This document shows positions 41,886-52,379 of a stretch of 64,000 bases of DNA, piece after piece. The DNA is from an uncultured Bacteroidales bacterium. GTDB lineage: Bacteria > Bacteroidota > Bacteroidia > Bacteroidales > WCHB1-69. Within the stretch, counting starts at the first letter, position 1, and each line of letters starts with the position of its first letter. Under the pieces are notes generated by a model, which was given only the letters and a program-made list of their open reading frames with translations, did no database searches and had not been told where the DNA came from. The DNA lies in NCBI GenBank assembly GCA_947165685.1, contig CAMVBK010000015.1:776-64775 (forward strand). The letters are read 5' to 3'. Both the position numbers and the translations under genes were made by a program.

Positions 41886-43265
41886 ATGAAAGTACACTTT
41901 ATAGCCATTGGAGGCAGTGCCATGCATAATCTCGCCATTGCCTTGAAAATCAAAGGATTTGATGTCTCTGGATCGGATGACGAGATTTTCGATCCTGCCA
42001 AAGGACGATTGGCGAAATATGGCATCCTGCCTGCTGACATTGGCTGGCATCCAGAAAAAATCACACCTGACATTGACGCGGTGATTCTCGGTATGCATGC
42101 CCGCGAGGACAATCCAGAATTATTGAAAGCCAACGAGTTAGGGTTGAAAATTTATTCGTATCCTGAATATCTTTACGAACAAAGCAAAGACAAAACACGC
42201 GTGGTTGTGGGCGGAAGCCACGGCAAGACCACCATCACTTCCATGATTATTCACGTCTTGCAGCATCTCCATATCGACTGCGACTACATGGTCGGAGCCC
42301 AGTTGGAGGGCTTCGAAGTGATGGTTCGCCTGTCTGACACCGCCCGCGTCATGATCATCGAGGGCGACGAATATCTCACATCCCCTATCGACCGCCGTCC
42401 GAAATTTCATGTCTATCAGCCCACTATAGGCATCATCAGCGGCATCGCGTGGGATCATATTAATGTTTTCCCGACTTTTGAAAACTACGTCGAGCAGTTT
42501 GAGATTTTTGCGAAGATGATCCCGCACGACGGTCAACTGATTTATTGTCAGGAAGATGACGAACTCCGGAAACTTGGAGCGAAAATCACGAACACGGTTT
42601 GCCATCCCTACGGTGTGCACCCTTACACAATCCGAGACGGAGTCACCTACCTGCAGCACAACGGGCGCGAAACCGCACTCCAAATCTTCGGCAAGCATAA
42701 CTTGATGAACATCAATGCAGCTCGTCTCGCCTGCAACGCATTGGGGGTGACCGACGAACAATTTTACGATGCCATAGCCTCGTTCAAAGGAGCTTCAAAA
42801 CGATTGGAATTAATCGCTCAAAATTCAGAATGCGCTGTATATAAGGATTTTGCGCATTCTCCTTCGAAATTGAAAGCCACCATTAATGCGGTAAGGGAAC
42901 GATATCCCGACCGCAAGTTGGTGGCCTGCATGGAGTTGCACACGTTCAGCAGCCTTACGGAGGAGTTCCTGCAGCAATACGCACACGCGATGGACGAGGC
43001 GGATGTGGCCATGGTTTACTACTCCCCTGCCGCCGTCGCGCACAAAAAGCTCCCCCCTATCCATCCGGACAGGATTTTCAAGGCTTTCCAGCGGGATGAT
43101 TTGCAAGTCTTTAGCGATTCAAACATCTTGAAAGACAATCTTTTAACTATGGATTGGCATCATTCGGTCTTGTTGCTGATGTCATCAGGGAATTTTGACG
43201 GAATAAATTTGAACCAATTCGGAGAAAAAATTGTACTTTTGCCCGCTTTAAATTCAGGCAAATAA
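41886..43265 (+). CDS. mpl: Mur-ligase family enzyme, UDP-N-acetylmuramate:L-Ala-D-Glu-meso-DAP ligase-like
   Basis: Contains HFIAIGGSAMHNLAIAL, VVGGSHGKTTITSM, and the C-terminal Mur ligase domain. Confidence 0.8.
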   Translation: MKVHFIAIGGSAMHNLAIALKIKGFDVSGSDDEIFDPAKGRLAKYGILPADIGWHPEKITPDIDAVILGMHAREDNPELLKANELGLKIYSYPEYLYEQSKDKTRVVVGGSHGKTTITSMIIHVLQHLHIDCDYMVGAQLEGFEVMVRLSDTARVMIIEGDEYLTSPIDRRPKFHVYQPTIGIISGIAWDHINVFPTFENYVEQFEIFAKMIPHDGQLIYCQEDDELRKLGAKITNTVCHPYGVHPYTIRDGVTYLQHNGRETALQIFGKHNLMNINAARLACNALGVTDEQFYDAIASFKGASKRLELIAQNSECAVYKDFAHSPSKLKATINAVRERYPDRKLVACMELHTFSSLTEEFLQQYAHAMDEADVAMVYYSPAAVAHKKLPPIHPDRIFKAFQRDDLQVFSDSNILKDNLLTMDWHHSVLLLMSSGNFDGINLNQFGEKIVLLPALNSGK

Positions 43266-43301
43266 AATCGAAACAATATAAAAAATAACATCAAAAAACA
43301 A

Positions 43302-44402
43302 ATGACAATGAAAAAGTTAAGCTTATTATTGTTAGCGGTTCTCGCCACCGTGGTGTGTATGGCGCAACCGGAAATTAAGTTTGAGAACACCACCTACGAT
43401 TTCGGAAAAATCAAGGAAGAAGGCGGAAAAGTGAGCGGACGTTTCGTTTTCACCAACGTCGGGAACGAGCCGCTGGAACTCACCAATGTCCGTCCCGGTT
43501 GCGGATGTACAGCGGCCAACTACACCAAAGGCGCCATCGCCCCCGGTGAACAAGGCTACATCGAAGCCACCTACAACCCCTACAACCGTCCCGGCATGTT
43601 CAACAAGAACATCCGCGTGACGACCAACGAGCCCCGATTCTTGGAGAACGAGAAAGCCACGCCTCACATGATTTTCATCAAGGGCGAGGTCATCAAACGC
43701 CCCCCGACAGAGTTTGAAAACGCCGGATACACCAAGGGCAGCGGCATGGCGCGTGTGAAAGAGCCCGAAGTGAGTCATAACCTGCTAAACACGCAAAATA
43801 TCACTGACACTTTCTATGTTAAAAATTTCTGGACGAAACCCGTCTCCTTTAAGATGGAACCGTCGGAATTCGTCACGGAAGTTTCCCGCAATTTCGGTTC
43901 TGAGCTGAATCCTGGGCAAGAAGGCTACATTATTTTGAAATACGATGCCGCCAAGCGCCAGAAATTCGGCATGGCCAAAGACGCTGTCGTGTTCACCACC
44001 AACGACTCCATCGAACCGACGAAACGCATCCACTATGCCGTTTCCATCAAGGAAGATTTCTCCAAAATGACTCCCAAGCAGCTCAAAAACGCTCCGGTCA
44101 GCGAAGTGAACATGGAAAAAGTCCTCTTCGGGGAAATGCAGAAAAAGGCCACCAAATCTGAGACGATCATTCTGAAGAACAACGGAAAGCGCCCGTTGAT
44201 TATCAGAGCCTTGGAGACTGGAAATTCCCTTTTCAAGGTTTCTTCCAACATGATGGAGATTCCTTCCGGTGCCTCTGCCGAAATCAAGGTCTCCTTTACC
44301 GCTCCTGGTCGCGCCAGCACGCAGAACTCCACTATTGACATCATCACGAATGACCCGGCCAATCCGATTCGCACAATTCCTGTGAGCGCGAGAGTGCTCT
44401 AA
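43302..44402 (+). CDS. DUF1573 domain-containing secreted protein (two copies of the domain)
   Basis: Has a signal peptide, then FENTTYDFGKIKEEGGKVSGRFVFTNVGNEPLELTNVRPGCGCT. Confidence 0.85.
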   Translation: MTMKKLSLLLLAVLATVVCMAQPEIKFENTTYDFGKIKEEGGKVSGRFVFTNVGNEPLELTNVRPGCGCTAANYTKGAIAPGEQGYIEATYNPYNRPGMFNKNIRVTTNEPRFLENEKATPHMIFIKGEVIKRPPTEFENAGYTKGSGMARVKEPEVSHNLLNTQNITDTFYVKNFWTKPVSFKMEPSEFVTEVSRNFGSELNPGQEGYIILKYDAAKRQKFGMAKDAVVFTTNDSIEPTKRIHYAVSIKEDFSKMTPKQLKNAPVSEVNMEKVLFGEMQKKATKSETIILKNNGKRPLIIRALETGNSLFKVSSNMMEIPSGASAEIKVSFTAPGRASTQNSTIDIITNDPANPIRTIPVSARVL

Positions 44403-44421
44403 CAAAGAACAATTCATAAAA

Positions 44422-44456
44422 AATCCCCATAATCGCTTGATTGTGGGGATTTTTTG
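44422..44456. terminator. bidirectional rho-independent terminator between convergent genes
   Basis: 13-bp stem AATCCCCATAATC/GATTGTGGGGATT with one wobble and loop GCTT. It is flanked by an A-run and a T-run. Confidence 0.75.
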
Positions 44457-44492
44457 TTGGGGAGAAATTGACGACTCCTCTCCGAGGTTTCG

Positions 44493-45026
44493 TTAGAACA
44501 AACGGCTGTTTCCGTTTCGAAGCTCTTCGTCGGATGGGACATTTTCTTTTATTGTGTCCACATCGATGACGAGCGGACGTCTGTACGGCTTCGGAGCCTT
44601 TACGTTCGACTTTTCCGTGCCGGGCATCGGCTTTTCTGGCGCAGTTTCTTTCATAGTTCCCAAATCCTTTTCCGGGTCTGTTGGACGAATGTCGCCGGCT
44701 TTTGCCCGGTGGTTGTTGGCAGACGGTTTCTGGATTGGCGTAGCCGTCTCTTCTTTCGTCGGAGATGTTGCATTGGAACACGAAGAGTCAGACACGACTG
44801 CGACAGGTTCGGATAGCGATACGGAATCGAGGTGCCTATTGGTGAAAAGGTGTGTGCCTATCAGAGCCGCCCCTCCGACCACGATAGCGGTCGTGGTTCC
44901 TGCAAGCCAGAATTTCCATGCTCCACCCTCCCCTTTCGACTGCCGGAAACGTCTCCATGCCGTCGGTTTGTAGGCGTATTCCGCCTGTTCTGCTTTGTCT
45001 TTTATAAGTTTGTCAAAATCCATCAT
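44493..45026 (-). CDS. putative anti-sigma factor / single-pass membrane protein
   Basis: Its ATG follows the ECF sigma gene stop after a 2-nt gap. Has one TM segment (FWLAGTTTAIVVGGAALIG) and a Pro/Lys-rich tail. Confidence 0.5.
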   Translation of the reverse strand: MMDFDKLIKDKAEQAEYAYKPTAWRRFRQSKGEGGAWKFWLAGTTTAIVVGGAALIGTHLFTNRHLDSVSLSEPVAVVSDSSCSNATSPTKEETATPIQKPSANNHRAKAGDIRPTDPEKDLGTMKETAPEKPMPGTEKSNVKAPKPYRRPLVIDVDTIKENVPSDEELRNGNSRLF

Positions 45027-45028
45027 AA

Positions 45029-45583
45029 CTATTCGTTGTTTAGTTTCAACACCGCCTCTTTAAGCTTGGCTCTTGCGCTGTTCACATGCCATGCGGAGGT
45101 GCTTTCCGACATTCCCATCTGTTGGGAAATCTCGCGGTGCGAATAACCCTCGAACACGAACATGTTAAAAACAGTGCGGGTGACCGGCGGCAACTGCTGG
45201 ATAAGGTTCACTAACTCTTCGGCAGAAATTTTAGACACCGCGTCGTTCACTCGATGATCAACCAGCTGACTGTCCGCAATGTCTTCCAGTCCAACCAAAG
45301 ACACATTTTTGTCATAGCGTCTTCGGTAATCCAGCGCCGCATGCGCCACCACTTTTTTTAGCCATGCTTCAAAAGAACCTGTGTTTTCGTATTTGTCGAG
45401 GTTCGAAAACACTTTCAAGAACCCCTCGTTGAGCATGTCGGCCGCCTCATCCGGGTCTCCTGCGTAGCGCATGCAAACGCCCATCACGCAACTGTAGAAA
45501 TGCTTGAACAGTTTCCTTTGGGCGCGCGAGCTGCCTTCGCGACAAGAAATCACCCAGTCTTGTACTTCCGAATGCTCTTTCAT
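45029..45583 (-). CDS. ECF-type RNA polymerase sigma-70 family factor
   Basis: Has region 2 (FKHFYSCVMGVCMRYAGD..AADMLNEGFLKVF) and a region 4 HTH (FVFEGYSHREISQQMGMSESTSAWHVNSARAKL). Confidence 0.9.
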   Translation of the reverse strand: MKEHSEVQDWVISCREGSSRAQRKLFKHFYSCVMGVCMRYAGDPDEAADMLNEGFLKVFSNLDKYENTGSFEAWLKKVVAHAALDYRRRYDKNVSLVGLEDIADSQLVDHRVNDAVSKISAEELVNLIQQLPPVTRTVFNMFVFEGYSHREISQQMGMSESTSAWHVNSARAKLKEAVLKLNNE

Positions 45584-45667
45584 ATACTAAAACGGATAGC
45601 GAGGGGAAAATCTTGGGCCAAATGTGGAATTTTATTTTGATAGTCGATTAACTATCACTGAATCAAG

Positions 45668-46264
45668 TTATTTCACAATTTTGAATCCTAAAGAAACGAT
45701 GAACATGTTCAGTTGTTTCGTTTGGGAGGAGCCTTCCATCAAATTCCTGAAATTGTCGGCAGCGATGCAGTAGCTCCCGTCCAGTGAAAAGCGCCAGAAG
45801 TCGATGCCGACACCGACCTGCCCACCCCATTGCACAACATTGGAGTTCCAGTCGGTTTCCGTCATGTTGTCGGATATTTTGAAGTCGAATCGCGGGCCGA
45901 TTGTCAATCGAAACTTGAAATTGTCGTTGTTGATGAAATGGTATCCCAGGAGAGCCGGTACGGAAACATAGTGTTGCTTAATGGTTTCGTTGGCGGAGTA
46001 TTCATGGAGGTGGTTCTCCTTGAACTTTGACTGTTTGAACACGTAGTTCACTTCAGGTTGAAAGAAGAATCTGTCGCCGAAGCGCATGAAGAGACCCGCT
46101 TCCATTCCGAAATCGTGTTTGGTCAGCGCAATGTAGTTGGTCGCATTGCCTGCCACTTTCAATCCAAGGGAAAACTGAGCAGTGGCCTGTTTCACGGTCA
46201 AGAGATTGAATAAAAACACGGATATCAGTGCCATCACGGTGATTCTCAATTGTTTGGTTCTCAT
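45668..46264 (-). CDS. outer-membrane beta-barrel protein (OMP_b-brl_2/PorT-like family)
   Basis: Has a signal peptide ending ATAQ, amphipathic beta strands, and the terminal sequence GFKIVK. Confidence 0.65.
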   Translation of the reverse strand: MRTKQLRITVMALISVFLFNLLTVKQATAQFSLGLKVAGNATNYIALTKHDFGMEAGLFMRFGDRFFFQPEVNYVFKQSKFKENHLHEYSANETIKQHYVSVPALLGYHFINNDNFKFRLTIGPRFDFKISDNMTETDWNSNVVQWGGQVGVGIDFWRFSLDGSYCIAADNFRNLMEGSSQTKQLNMFIVSLGFKIVK

Positions 46265-46388
46265 TATAATGATGTTTTACGAACAAATACGGTTAACGAT
46301 GTTAAGTCAAATTTATTGTACAATCCCCTACCCTCGTCTGCATGACAAAAGTCGATGGGGTCCTATTGCGCGACGATCGGGAGGTTTA

Positions 46389-47300
46389 TCAGCAGATGCC
46401 CCTCACTTCGTTCACATCGGAGATGCCTTCCCGGAGGCATAGTTGTCGTAGTTCTTCCAGCACGTTGCGTCCGGCCTCGGGGTTGTTGAAGTGAATAGTT
46501 CCGAGCTGCACAGCGGCGGCACCCGCCATCATGAACTCCAGCACGTCTTCTGCAGTATAGATGCCGCCGATACCGATGACCGGGACCTCCACCGCCTTGC
46601 TCACAGAATGGACCATACGCAGCGCAATCGGCTTGATAGCGGCACCGGAGAGGCCTGCATAGACGTTGTTGAAGACCGGTTTCCGCCGATGGATGTCGAT
46701 GGCCATCGCTTGGAAGGTGTTGACGAGCGACAGTGCGTCGGCACCGGCGCGCTCACAGGCGAGAGCCATCTCTACAACGTTTTCCGCATTCGGGGAGAGC
46801 TTGACTATCAGAGGTTTGATGCAGACATTACGCACCGCACGTACCACTTCCTCCGCCACTTCCGCCTTTATGCCGAACGCCATGCCCCCGCTTTTCACGT
46901 TGGGGCAGGATATGTTGAGCTCCAGCATGTCGATGTCGGAGGCGGACAGCAACGCGGCTCCCGTGACATAATCCTCCATACTGTGACCACCCATGTTGGC
47001 GATGAGCACATTGCCATAACGGCGCATTTGTGCGATTCCGTTTTCGATGAACGCTTCCACGCCTGGATTTTGCAGTCCCACGCTGTTCATCATGCCGGAC
47101 GCCGTCTCCCAAACCCGTACACCTTCGTTCCCGTCCTTCGGGTGGAGTGTCAACCCTTTGGAACAGATTCCGCCAAGACATCCCACATCGTAGAGTTCGT
47201 TGTATTCCTCTCCGAAACCGAACGTGCCTGAGGCCGCTATCAGCGGGTTTTTGAAAGGCACTCCGGCCACCTTTACCGATAAGTTTATGTTTTGTTCCAT
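46389..47300 (-). CDS. pyrD: dihydroorotate dehydrogenase B, catalytic subunit
   Basis: Contains [24 protein letters not shown] and GIGGI motifs. Confidence 0.9.
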   Translation of the reverse strand: MEQNINLSVKVAGVPFKNPLIAASGTFGFGEEYNELYDVGCLGGICSKGLTLHPKDGNEGVRVWETASGMMNSVGLQNPGVEAFIENGIAQMRRYGNVLIANMGGHSMEDYVTGAALLSASDIDMLELNISCPNVKSGGMAFGIKAEVAEEVVRAVRNVCIKPLIVKLSPNAENVVEMALACERAGADALSLVNTFQAMAIDIHRRKPVFNNVYAGLSGAAIKPIALRMVHSVSKAVEVPVIGIGGIYTAEDVLEFMMAGAAAVQLGTIHFNNPEAGRNVLEELRQLCLREGISDVNEVRGIC

Positions 47301-47348
47301 TTTATTCCTGTCGATTTGATTTTCAGTACTTTGAATATAACAAGTGCT

Positions 47349-48092
47349 TTACCATAGCAGGTCGGTGCTTTGGAAGACCGGCCCGTCTTTGCAGACACGT
47401 TTCATTCCTTGTTTGGTGCGGATGCTGCAGCCGAGGCATGCACCGATGCCGCAGGCCATCCGGTGCTCCAGCGAGCAGTAGCAGGTTGTACCTGTTTCGG
47501 CGCACATCGCGGCGACTTTCCGCATCATCACTTCGGGGCCGCAAGTCAAAACCGCGTCGTATTGTCCAGGTTTCAGCAGGTCGGTGATGTACCCCCGGTA
47601 GCCTTCTGGTCCGTTTTCCGAGGAAACAAACAGATTTTCGCAGCATGTGGAAAAATCCTCCACGGCAAAGAGCTCGTCGCGGAACCCCAAATAGGCATCT
47701 ACATCGACACTTTTGTAAATCAATGTTTTAGTCGTCTGGTAGAGTGGCGGGATGCCCACACCACCGCCAACGACCGCCACTTTGCCGCTGAGGGATTCGC
47801 AGGGGTAGCCGTTACCACATGGTCCCAAAAGCCGAATCTTTTCGCCAGACTTCACTTCCGACAATTTTTTCGTGCCTTTCCCCACCACCCTGTACATGAA
47901 CGACAGACGGCTGTCATCCGCGCTGAACACACTAATCGGGCGCATCAGCGTCAATTCCGTGTCCCAACATTTTATCATGAAGAACTGACCGGCCTTCACT
48001 TTGGTCTTGTTCCAAGTGACATCCAAAACAAAAATGTCTGCCGCAATCTGTTCGTTGTCGATGACTTTTCGCTCTAAATACTTCATATACAA
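47349..48092 (-). CDS. pyrK: dihydroorotate dehydrogenase B, electron-transfer (FAD/2Fe-2S) subunit
   Basis: Contains the RPISV FAD motif, GGGVGIPP, and the C-terminal sequence CGIGACLGC...C, a 2Fe-2S ligand set. Lies directly upstream of pyrD. Confidence 0.85.
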   Translation of the reverse strand: MYMKYLERKVIDNEQIAADIFVLDVTWNKTKVKAGQFFMIKCWDTELTLMRPISVFSADDSRLSFMYRVVGKGTKKLSEVKSGEKIRLLGPCGNGYPCESLSGKVAVVGGGVGIPPLYQTTKTLIYKSVDVDAYLGFRDELFAVEDFSTCCENLFVSSENGPEGYRGYITDLLKPGQYDAVLTCGPEVMMRKVAAMCAETGTTCYCSLEHRMACGIGACLGCSIRTKQGMKRVCKDGPVFQSTDLLW

Positions 48093-48213
48093 TATTTTAC
48101 AATATCAAGACTATATTTGCTAACAAACTGCGAATATACGATTTTTTTTAGCCGCTCTATTTGATAATTTAGCAGATATCCGTTTATAAATGCATGGTTA
48201 CACATTCGTATTT

Positions 48214-51200
48214 TTATTCGAAAAGCACAATCTTCTCTGTTTTCAAACATTCCATTCCCCGAGTCACGCGCAAAAGATACACTCCGCAACTCAAGTCTTT
48301 AGCATCCACCGAAACACTTGCGTTGAAAGTCCCTTCCTTTTGCACTCGTCCCGCCATGTCATACAGCACAAACCTTCCGATGTCGTCATTTGCCGGAAAC
48401 AAGTCTTCCTCGCAATGGATTACCAGACGTTTACCCTGCACAGAAAAGACATGCAACAACTCTTTTCCAATCTTTTTTTCGTCCAGTGTGGGCGGTGCCA
48501 AGAATAATGTTTTTGGTGTTGAGCGCAAGCCCGCCTTATTCTCCGCCACGACGCTGAATGTGATCATCTGGCCGGACGGGAACGAGAAGCACTGCTGGCA
48601 GGAACACGACAGTCCGTTGTCCACCCAATGGGCAATCGAAGCAGATGTCAGCATTTTTGAGTTGTGGAAATAGTATCGTTGCAGGCCCGACTGTGCATCT
48701 GTCCCCCCGGTCCAGATTGCCGAGACCTCCACGACCTGTGTACCATCGGCCTGGGTGACACTCTCGGTATGGAGTGACAAGTTGGAGACCGCCGGAGGGG
48801 CCGTGTAGTCAACTTTCAGAGACTTTTCCACTAACGTAGAGAACTTATACGCCCGATCCACAACAATCGACTTCAATTTCGTGCGACTCAATCCGTTCAC
48901 TGCTTGTCGTTGTATATTGCAGTTCGCGGCCGTTCCAACCGTCACCGGCACAGCCGTTGTCCGGGAGGCGTACACCCGAAGATTGTCGATGCAGGCTGCT
49001 GCATTCCGGGTGGCAAAGCCAATATAGGAGTTCGTTGTGGTGGCCAGCACATGATCCACAGCCCTAATAATCCGGTTACCATGACGCATGACTACAATTT
49101 CCCCAGTTGAGTGGTCGAACACCACGCGGCACAGGTAGGCCGTTCCAGGTGCAAAATAGACCTGTTCTTTCCTTTTGAGCAGTCTTTTCGCCCCTAAGAT
49201 GAGGCGGTAAACACTGACGGTACGGTTTTCCCTGTCGAAACACACCTCATAGCCTGAGAAGAGCGAAGTCTGGGAGGGCGCGTTTCCGCAGTTGAAGAAG
49301 AAGGAGCACTTCTCCCCATCGAGAAACTTCAGGTAGAAGTCGTAGAGATAAGCGGAATGGGCGGCCCCATTGTGGTGCGCCGCAACGCCGGCGTATTCCA
49401 ATGCTGCATTGTTTTGCCTGAGCTCGCCGTTTTGGACTACCCACATGCTGGCCGCATTGTTCACCCAAGTATCGCCGTTCAAGGCATTGTCGAAATTGTC
49501 GCACAGGAAACCCTGCTCGTGGCGTGCACTCCAGACGGAGCCGTCAGACTCCATGATTTGGTAGAATCTCCATTTGAGTCCCGAGTCATCGGAATCGTTG
49601 AACTGTGCGGTGAAGTTGCCCGTCACCCATTGCGTGGCGTCCGTCAGGATAGCGGTTTGTGGCGAAGCGTTGTCCGCAACAGGCTCGCCCGGATCGGGCT
49701 CCCAGTCGTTGATTATTTCCTCGTCGTCTCCCCAGTCGTCGTCATCTTCCCCGTCACCCGTATCGCCGGAATTGTCGCCAGGCATGGCGGAAACACCCTG
49801 CCACAGAGCATTCCAGCCCGCTGCATTCGTGGCACAGTCGGAGCGAAATTCCACCAGCATTTTGTCGCCCGCAGCCACCACGCGCCCCGGCGACTGTGTG
49901 TTCCAGCGTCCAATAAGAGGGGAAAAAACAGTGCCGCCTTCGTAAATCCATAGGAAGTCGTAGTTCGGTTCGAGCGAAAAGCTCTGGAATGTCAAAGCGA
50001 CACTGTCCGCCCCGGGTGCCTGGATCAGGAACAGTTTCCGCTCGTCGTCGGCATAGTTCCCGAAGGGCCCTCCCGAGTCCGTGAATGTGCCCGAGGAGGC
50101 CGTCATCGTGGTCACTGTCGGCTGGTCGTTGATGAGCTTGTAGTATAGGTTCCAGTTCCAATAGGGGCCGGGGTCCGTGTGCGTTTGGCTCGGATAGTGT
50201 TGATGGCCACGGATTTGAGTACAAGCCGTAGAGCTTCCCAGACTGTGTACCCCGTAGTTGAGGACGGTGCCATCGTCCAACGTGTCGCGATAAAACACGC
50301 GGTGCGGATTGATGTTGGGCCTTCGGGAGCAAATGTTCTTCACCAAGTTGGCAGACGACTGGTACATGTTCATTGTGAAGTAGGAATAGATGTTGCCGTA
50401 AGCCTCGTGCTCGATGCCGATGGTGTAGCTGTTGGCGACCCCGACATGCCAAGCCTTGTCAGCCTCGCGCACCATCTGTGTGACCTGGCCGTCAATGGAG
50501 CGGATCACATAGTGTGCGGACACTTTGGCACTGCAGTTCTGAAACCAGGCGATGGACCCCGCGTAGGTGCCCTGCGTGTAGTGGATCGTGACGGACGAGA
50601 CGGTTGTGCCGCCGCGCCCCGAGGTGTAGTTGCAGGCAGCGGCAGGCACAAACACGGCATCCGGATAGTCCGGCGTTGTGCGTGTCATGCCAAGGGAGTT
50701 AGCCGGCGCGACTTCCGTCCGCCCTCCTTTCAAACGGGCATATTCGTCGCCGAACAGCCCCACGAAATCAATCTCACGCAGCGGAGCACCGCAACCGGCA
50801 TACTCATCCTTGTCCAAAAAGTAGTATATCATGTACAGAAAGCTGTTCAGGGCGAAATCGTCCGTTCCTTCCTCTGGAATCGGCAGTTCGCACAACTCGA
50901 TGAAAATGCGCTTGTACTGTTCGACCGAATCGCCGTAGCAATTGAACCTCTCCTGCAGCTGCGCAAACGCGCACGCATACGCTTTCACCGCTGTGCCGGG
51001 CTGCCACAAGATGGCGTCTAACGAGTACGGAGTCGTGCGAGCCAATAGCCGCGCATTCTCCCGAAACACGCCTTTCCCGTGCAAAGTCAGCCCCATGACC
51101 GAATATATCCGCGGCATTTCCGTCGGATCGGACTCCAAAGTGTCCGTCGAAATATTTGGGGAGAAACGCGTGTATTGAAACGCGACCGCTTCCAGCATCC

Positions 51201-51405
51201 CTCGCGGGATTGACGGATATTCTTGGTACGCCTCTTCGAACCAATGACTTGTCTCGTCATATTGTTTATACATGAAATGTTCGACTTGACGATCATAGTC
51301 CCGACGATAACCGTCAAATTCATCTGAAATTTGCGCGTGTGCTTGTCCGGCCAAAGCCTGCCACACCAACCATAAAACCGATAATACTACTACTTTGTTC
51401 TTCAT
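48214..51405 (-). CDS. large secreted N-acetylmuramoyl-L-alanine amidase (Amidase_2/PGRP fold) with CUB-like and lectin-like domains and a T9SS C-terminal sorting domain
   Basis: Has a signal peptide. The amidase region is VTIHYTQG...VSAHYVIRSIDGQVTQMV...KAWHVG..NSYTIGIEHE. The CUB-like region is GTFTDSGGPFGNYADDE...DFLWIYEGG. An acidic DDDDWGDDEE linker is present. The C-terminus is VLYDMAGRV...GVYLLRV...KIVLFE. Confidence 0.8.
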   Translation of the reverse strand: MKNKVVVLSVLWLVWQALAGQAHAQISDEFDGYRRDYDRQVEHFMYKQYDETSHWFEEAYQEYPSIPRGMLEAVAFQYTRFSPNISTDTLESDPTEMPRIYSVMGLTLHGKGVFRENARLLARTTPYSLDAILWQPGTAVKAYACAFAQLQERFNCYGDSVEQYKRIFIELCELPIPEEGTDDFALNSFLYMIYYFLDKDEYAGCGAPLREIDFVGLFGDEYARLKGGRTEVAPANSLGMTRTTPDYPDAVFVPAAACNYTSGRGGTTVSSVTIHYTQGTYAGSIAWFQNCSAKVSAHYVIRSIDGQVTQMVREADKAWHVGVANSYTIGIEHEAYGNIYSYFTMNMYQSSANLVKNICSRRPNINPHRVFYRDTLDDGTVLNYGVHSLGSSTACTQIRGHQHYPSQTHTDPGPYWNWNLYYKLINDQPTVTTMTASSGTFTDSGGPFGNYADDERKLFLIQAPGADSVALTFQSFSLEPNYDFLWIYEGGTVFSPLIGRWNTQSPGRVVAAGDKMLVEFRSDCATNAAGWNALWQGVSAMPGDNSGDTGDGEDDDDWGDDEEIINDWEPDPGEPVADNASPQTAILTDATQWVTGNFTAQFNDSDDSGLKWRFYQIMESDGSVWSARHEQGFLCDNFDNALNGDTWVNNAASMWVVQNGELRQNNAALEYAGVAAHHNGAAHSAYLYDFYLKFLDGEKCSFFFNCGNAPSQTSLFSGYEVCFDRENRTVSVYRLILGAKRLLKRKEQVYFAPGTAYLCRVVFDHSTGEIVVMRHGNRIIRAVDHVLATTTNSYIGFATRNAAACIDNLRVYASRTTAVPVTVGTAANCNIQRQAVNGLSRTKLKSIVVDRAYKFSTLVEKSLKVDYTAPPAVSNLSLHTESVTQADGTQVVEVSAIWTGGTDAQSGLQRYYFHNSKMLTSASIAHWVDNGLSCSCQQCFSFPSGQMITFSVVAENKAGLRSTPKTLFLAPPTLDEKKIGKELLHVFSVQGKRLVIHCEEDLFPANDDIGRFVLYDMAGRVQKEGTFNASVSVDAKDLSCGVYLLRVTRGMECLKTEKIVLFE

Positions 51406-51444
51406 TGTTTTTAATTTTAGAAAATAATTTTGTTTTTGTCATGG

Positions 51445-51452
51445 CAAAGATA
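51445..51452 (-). promoter_or_regulatory. -7 promoter box (minus strand TATCTTTG) for the amidase gene
   Basis: The plus strand reads CAAAGATA, 40 nt upstream of the minus-strand ATG at 51405. Confidence 0.45.
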
Positions 51453-51786
51453 CAACATCGGAGAGCATTTGTCAAGAGGCAAAATCACTTTTAACAATAA
51501 TTAACAGCGAAAAAATATACAATGCTGTAAAACAAGAATTTAACAAAAATATTTCATGACAAAAATGCAACTTTTATACTAAAAAAACTTAAAACAAGTA
51601 AAAAACCGACAGCCTTGGATTTTCGAGCCAAGAGGTAGAATAGTGAATTTTGGAAGAAATCAGGGAATCCATTGCCAAAACGTGAAAATAACAGACAGAG
51701 CTCCATCGTCATTGCTGTCGTGCGGGGCACCGGCATACCTATTTATTTTTTTAAAGAATAACTCAGGTTGTTTTTCTGAAAAATAG

Positions 51787-51794
51787 TATTTTTG
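51787..51794 (+). promoter_or_regulatory. -7 promoter box for tsaC-coaD operon
   Basis: TATTTTTG lies 20 nt upstream of the ATG at 51814. Confidence 0.5.
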
Positions 51795-51813
51795 CAGGTT
51801 AAAATTTTTGGCT

Positions 51814-52377
51814 ATGGAAGAGGAAGTTGAAAAATGCGTTTCCCTGCTGAAAGAGGGCAAAGTGATTTTGTATCCCACTGATACAGTGTGGGGTATCGGA
51901 TGTGATGCGACCTGCGAGGAGGCCATTACGCGCATTTACCGCATCAAGCAGCGCAACGAAAAAAAGAGCATGATCATCCTGTTGGATTCGATGCAGCGGC
52001 TGCCAATGTACGTGAAAAAGATCCCGCTGATTGCGTGGGACCTGCTCGCGCACGTCACGCGCCCCACCACTTTCGTCTATCAGACGGCCTACAACCTTCC
52101 CGCGAAACTGATTCACGAGGACGGCACCATCGCCATCCGCATTGTGCAGAACGAATTCTGCAGGCAGGTCATCCGCCAGTTAGGGCGTCCGTTGATCTCC
52201 ACTTCCGCCAACATTGCCGGAGAACCCACCCCACAGACGTTCGATAAAATCTCGCAAGATGTTATCCGTCAGATGGATTACGTGGTTTCGCAAGATCAAT
52301 CCACCTCTGTGGAGTTCAAGCCGTCACGGTTGATCAAATTCTTGGACGACTATAATTTCACCATCATCCGCGACTGA
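51814..52377 (+). CDS. tsaC: L-threonylcarbamoyladenylate synthase (YrdC/TsaC type)
   Basis: Contains ILYPTDTVWGIGCDA, KQRNEKKSMIIL and LISTSANIAGEP motifs. Confidence 0.85.
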   Translation: MEEEVEKCVSLLKEGKVILYPTDTVWGIGCDATCEEAITRIYRIKQRNEKKSMIILLDSMQRLPMYVKKIPLIAWDLLAHVTRPTTFVYQTAYNLPAKLIHEDGTIAIRIVQNEFCRQVIRQLGRPLISTSANIAGEPTPQTFDKISQDVIRQMDYVVSQDQSTSVEFKPSRLIKFLDDYNFTIIRD

Positions 52378-52379
52378 AA

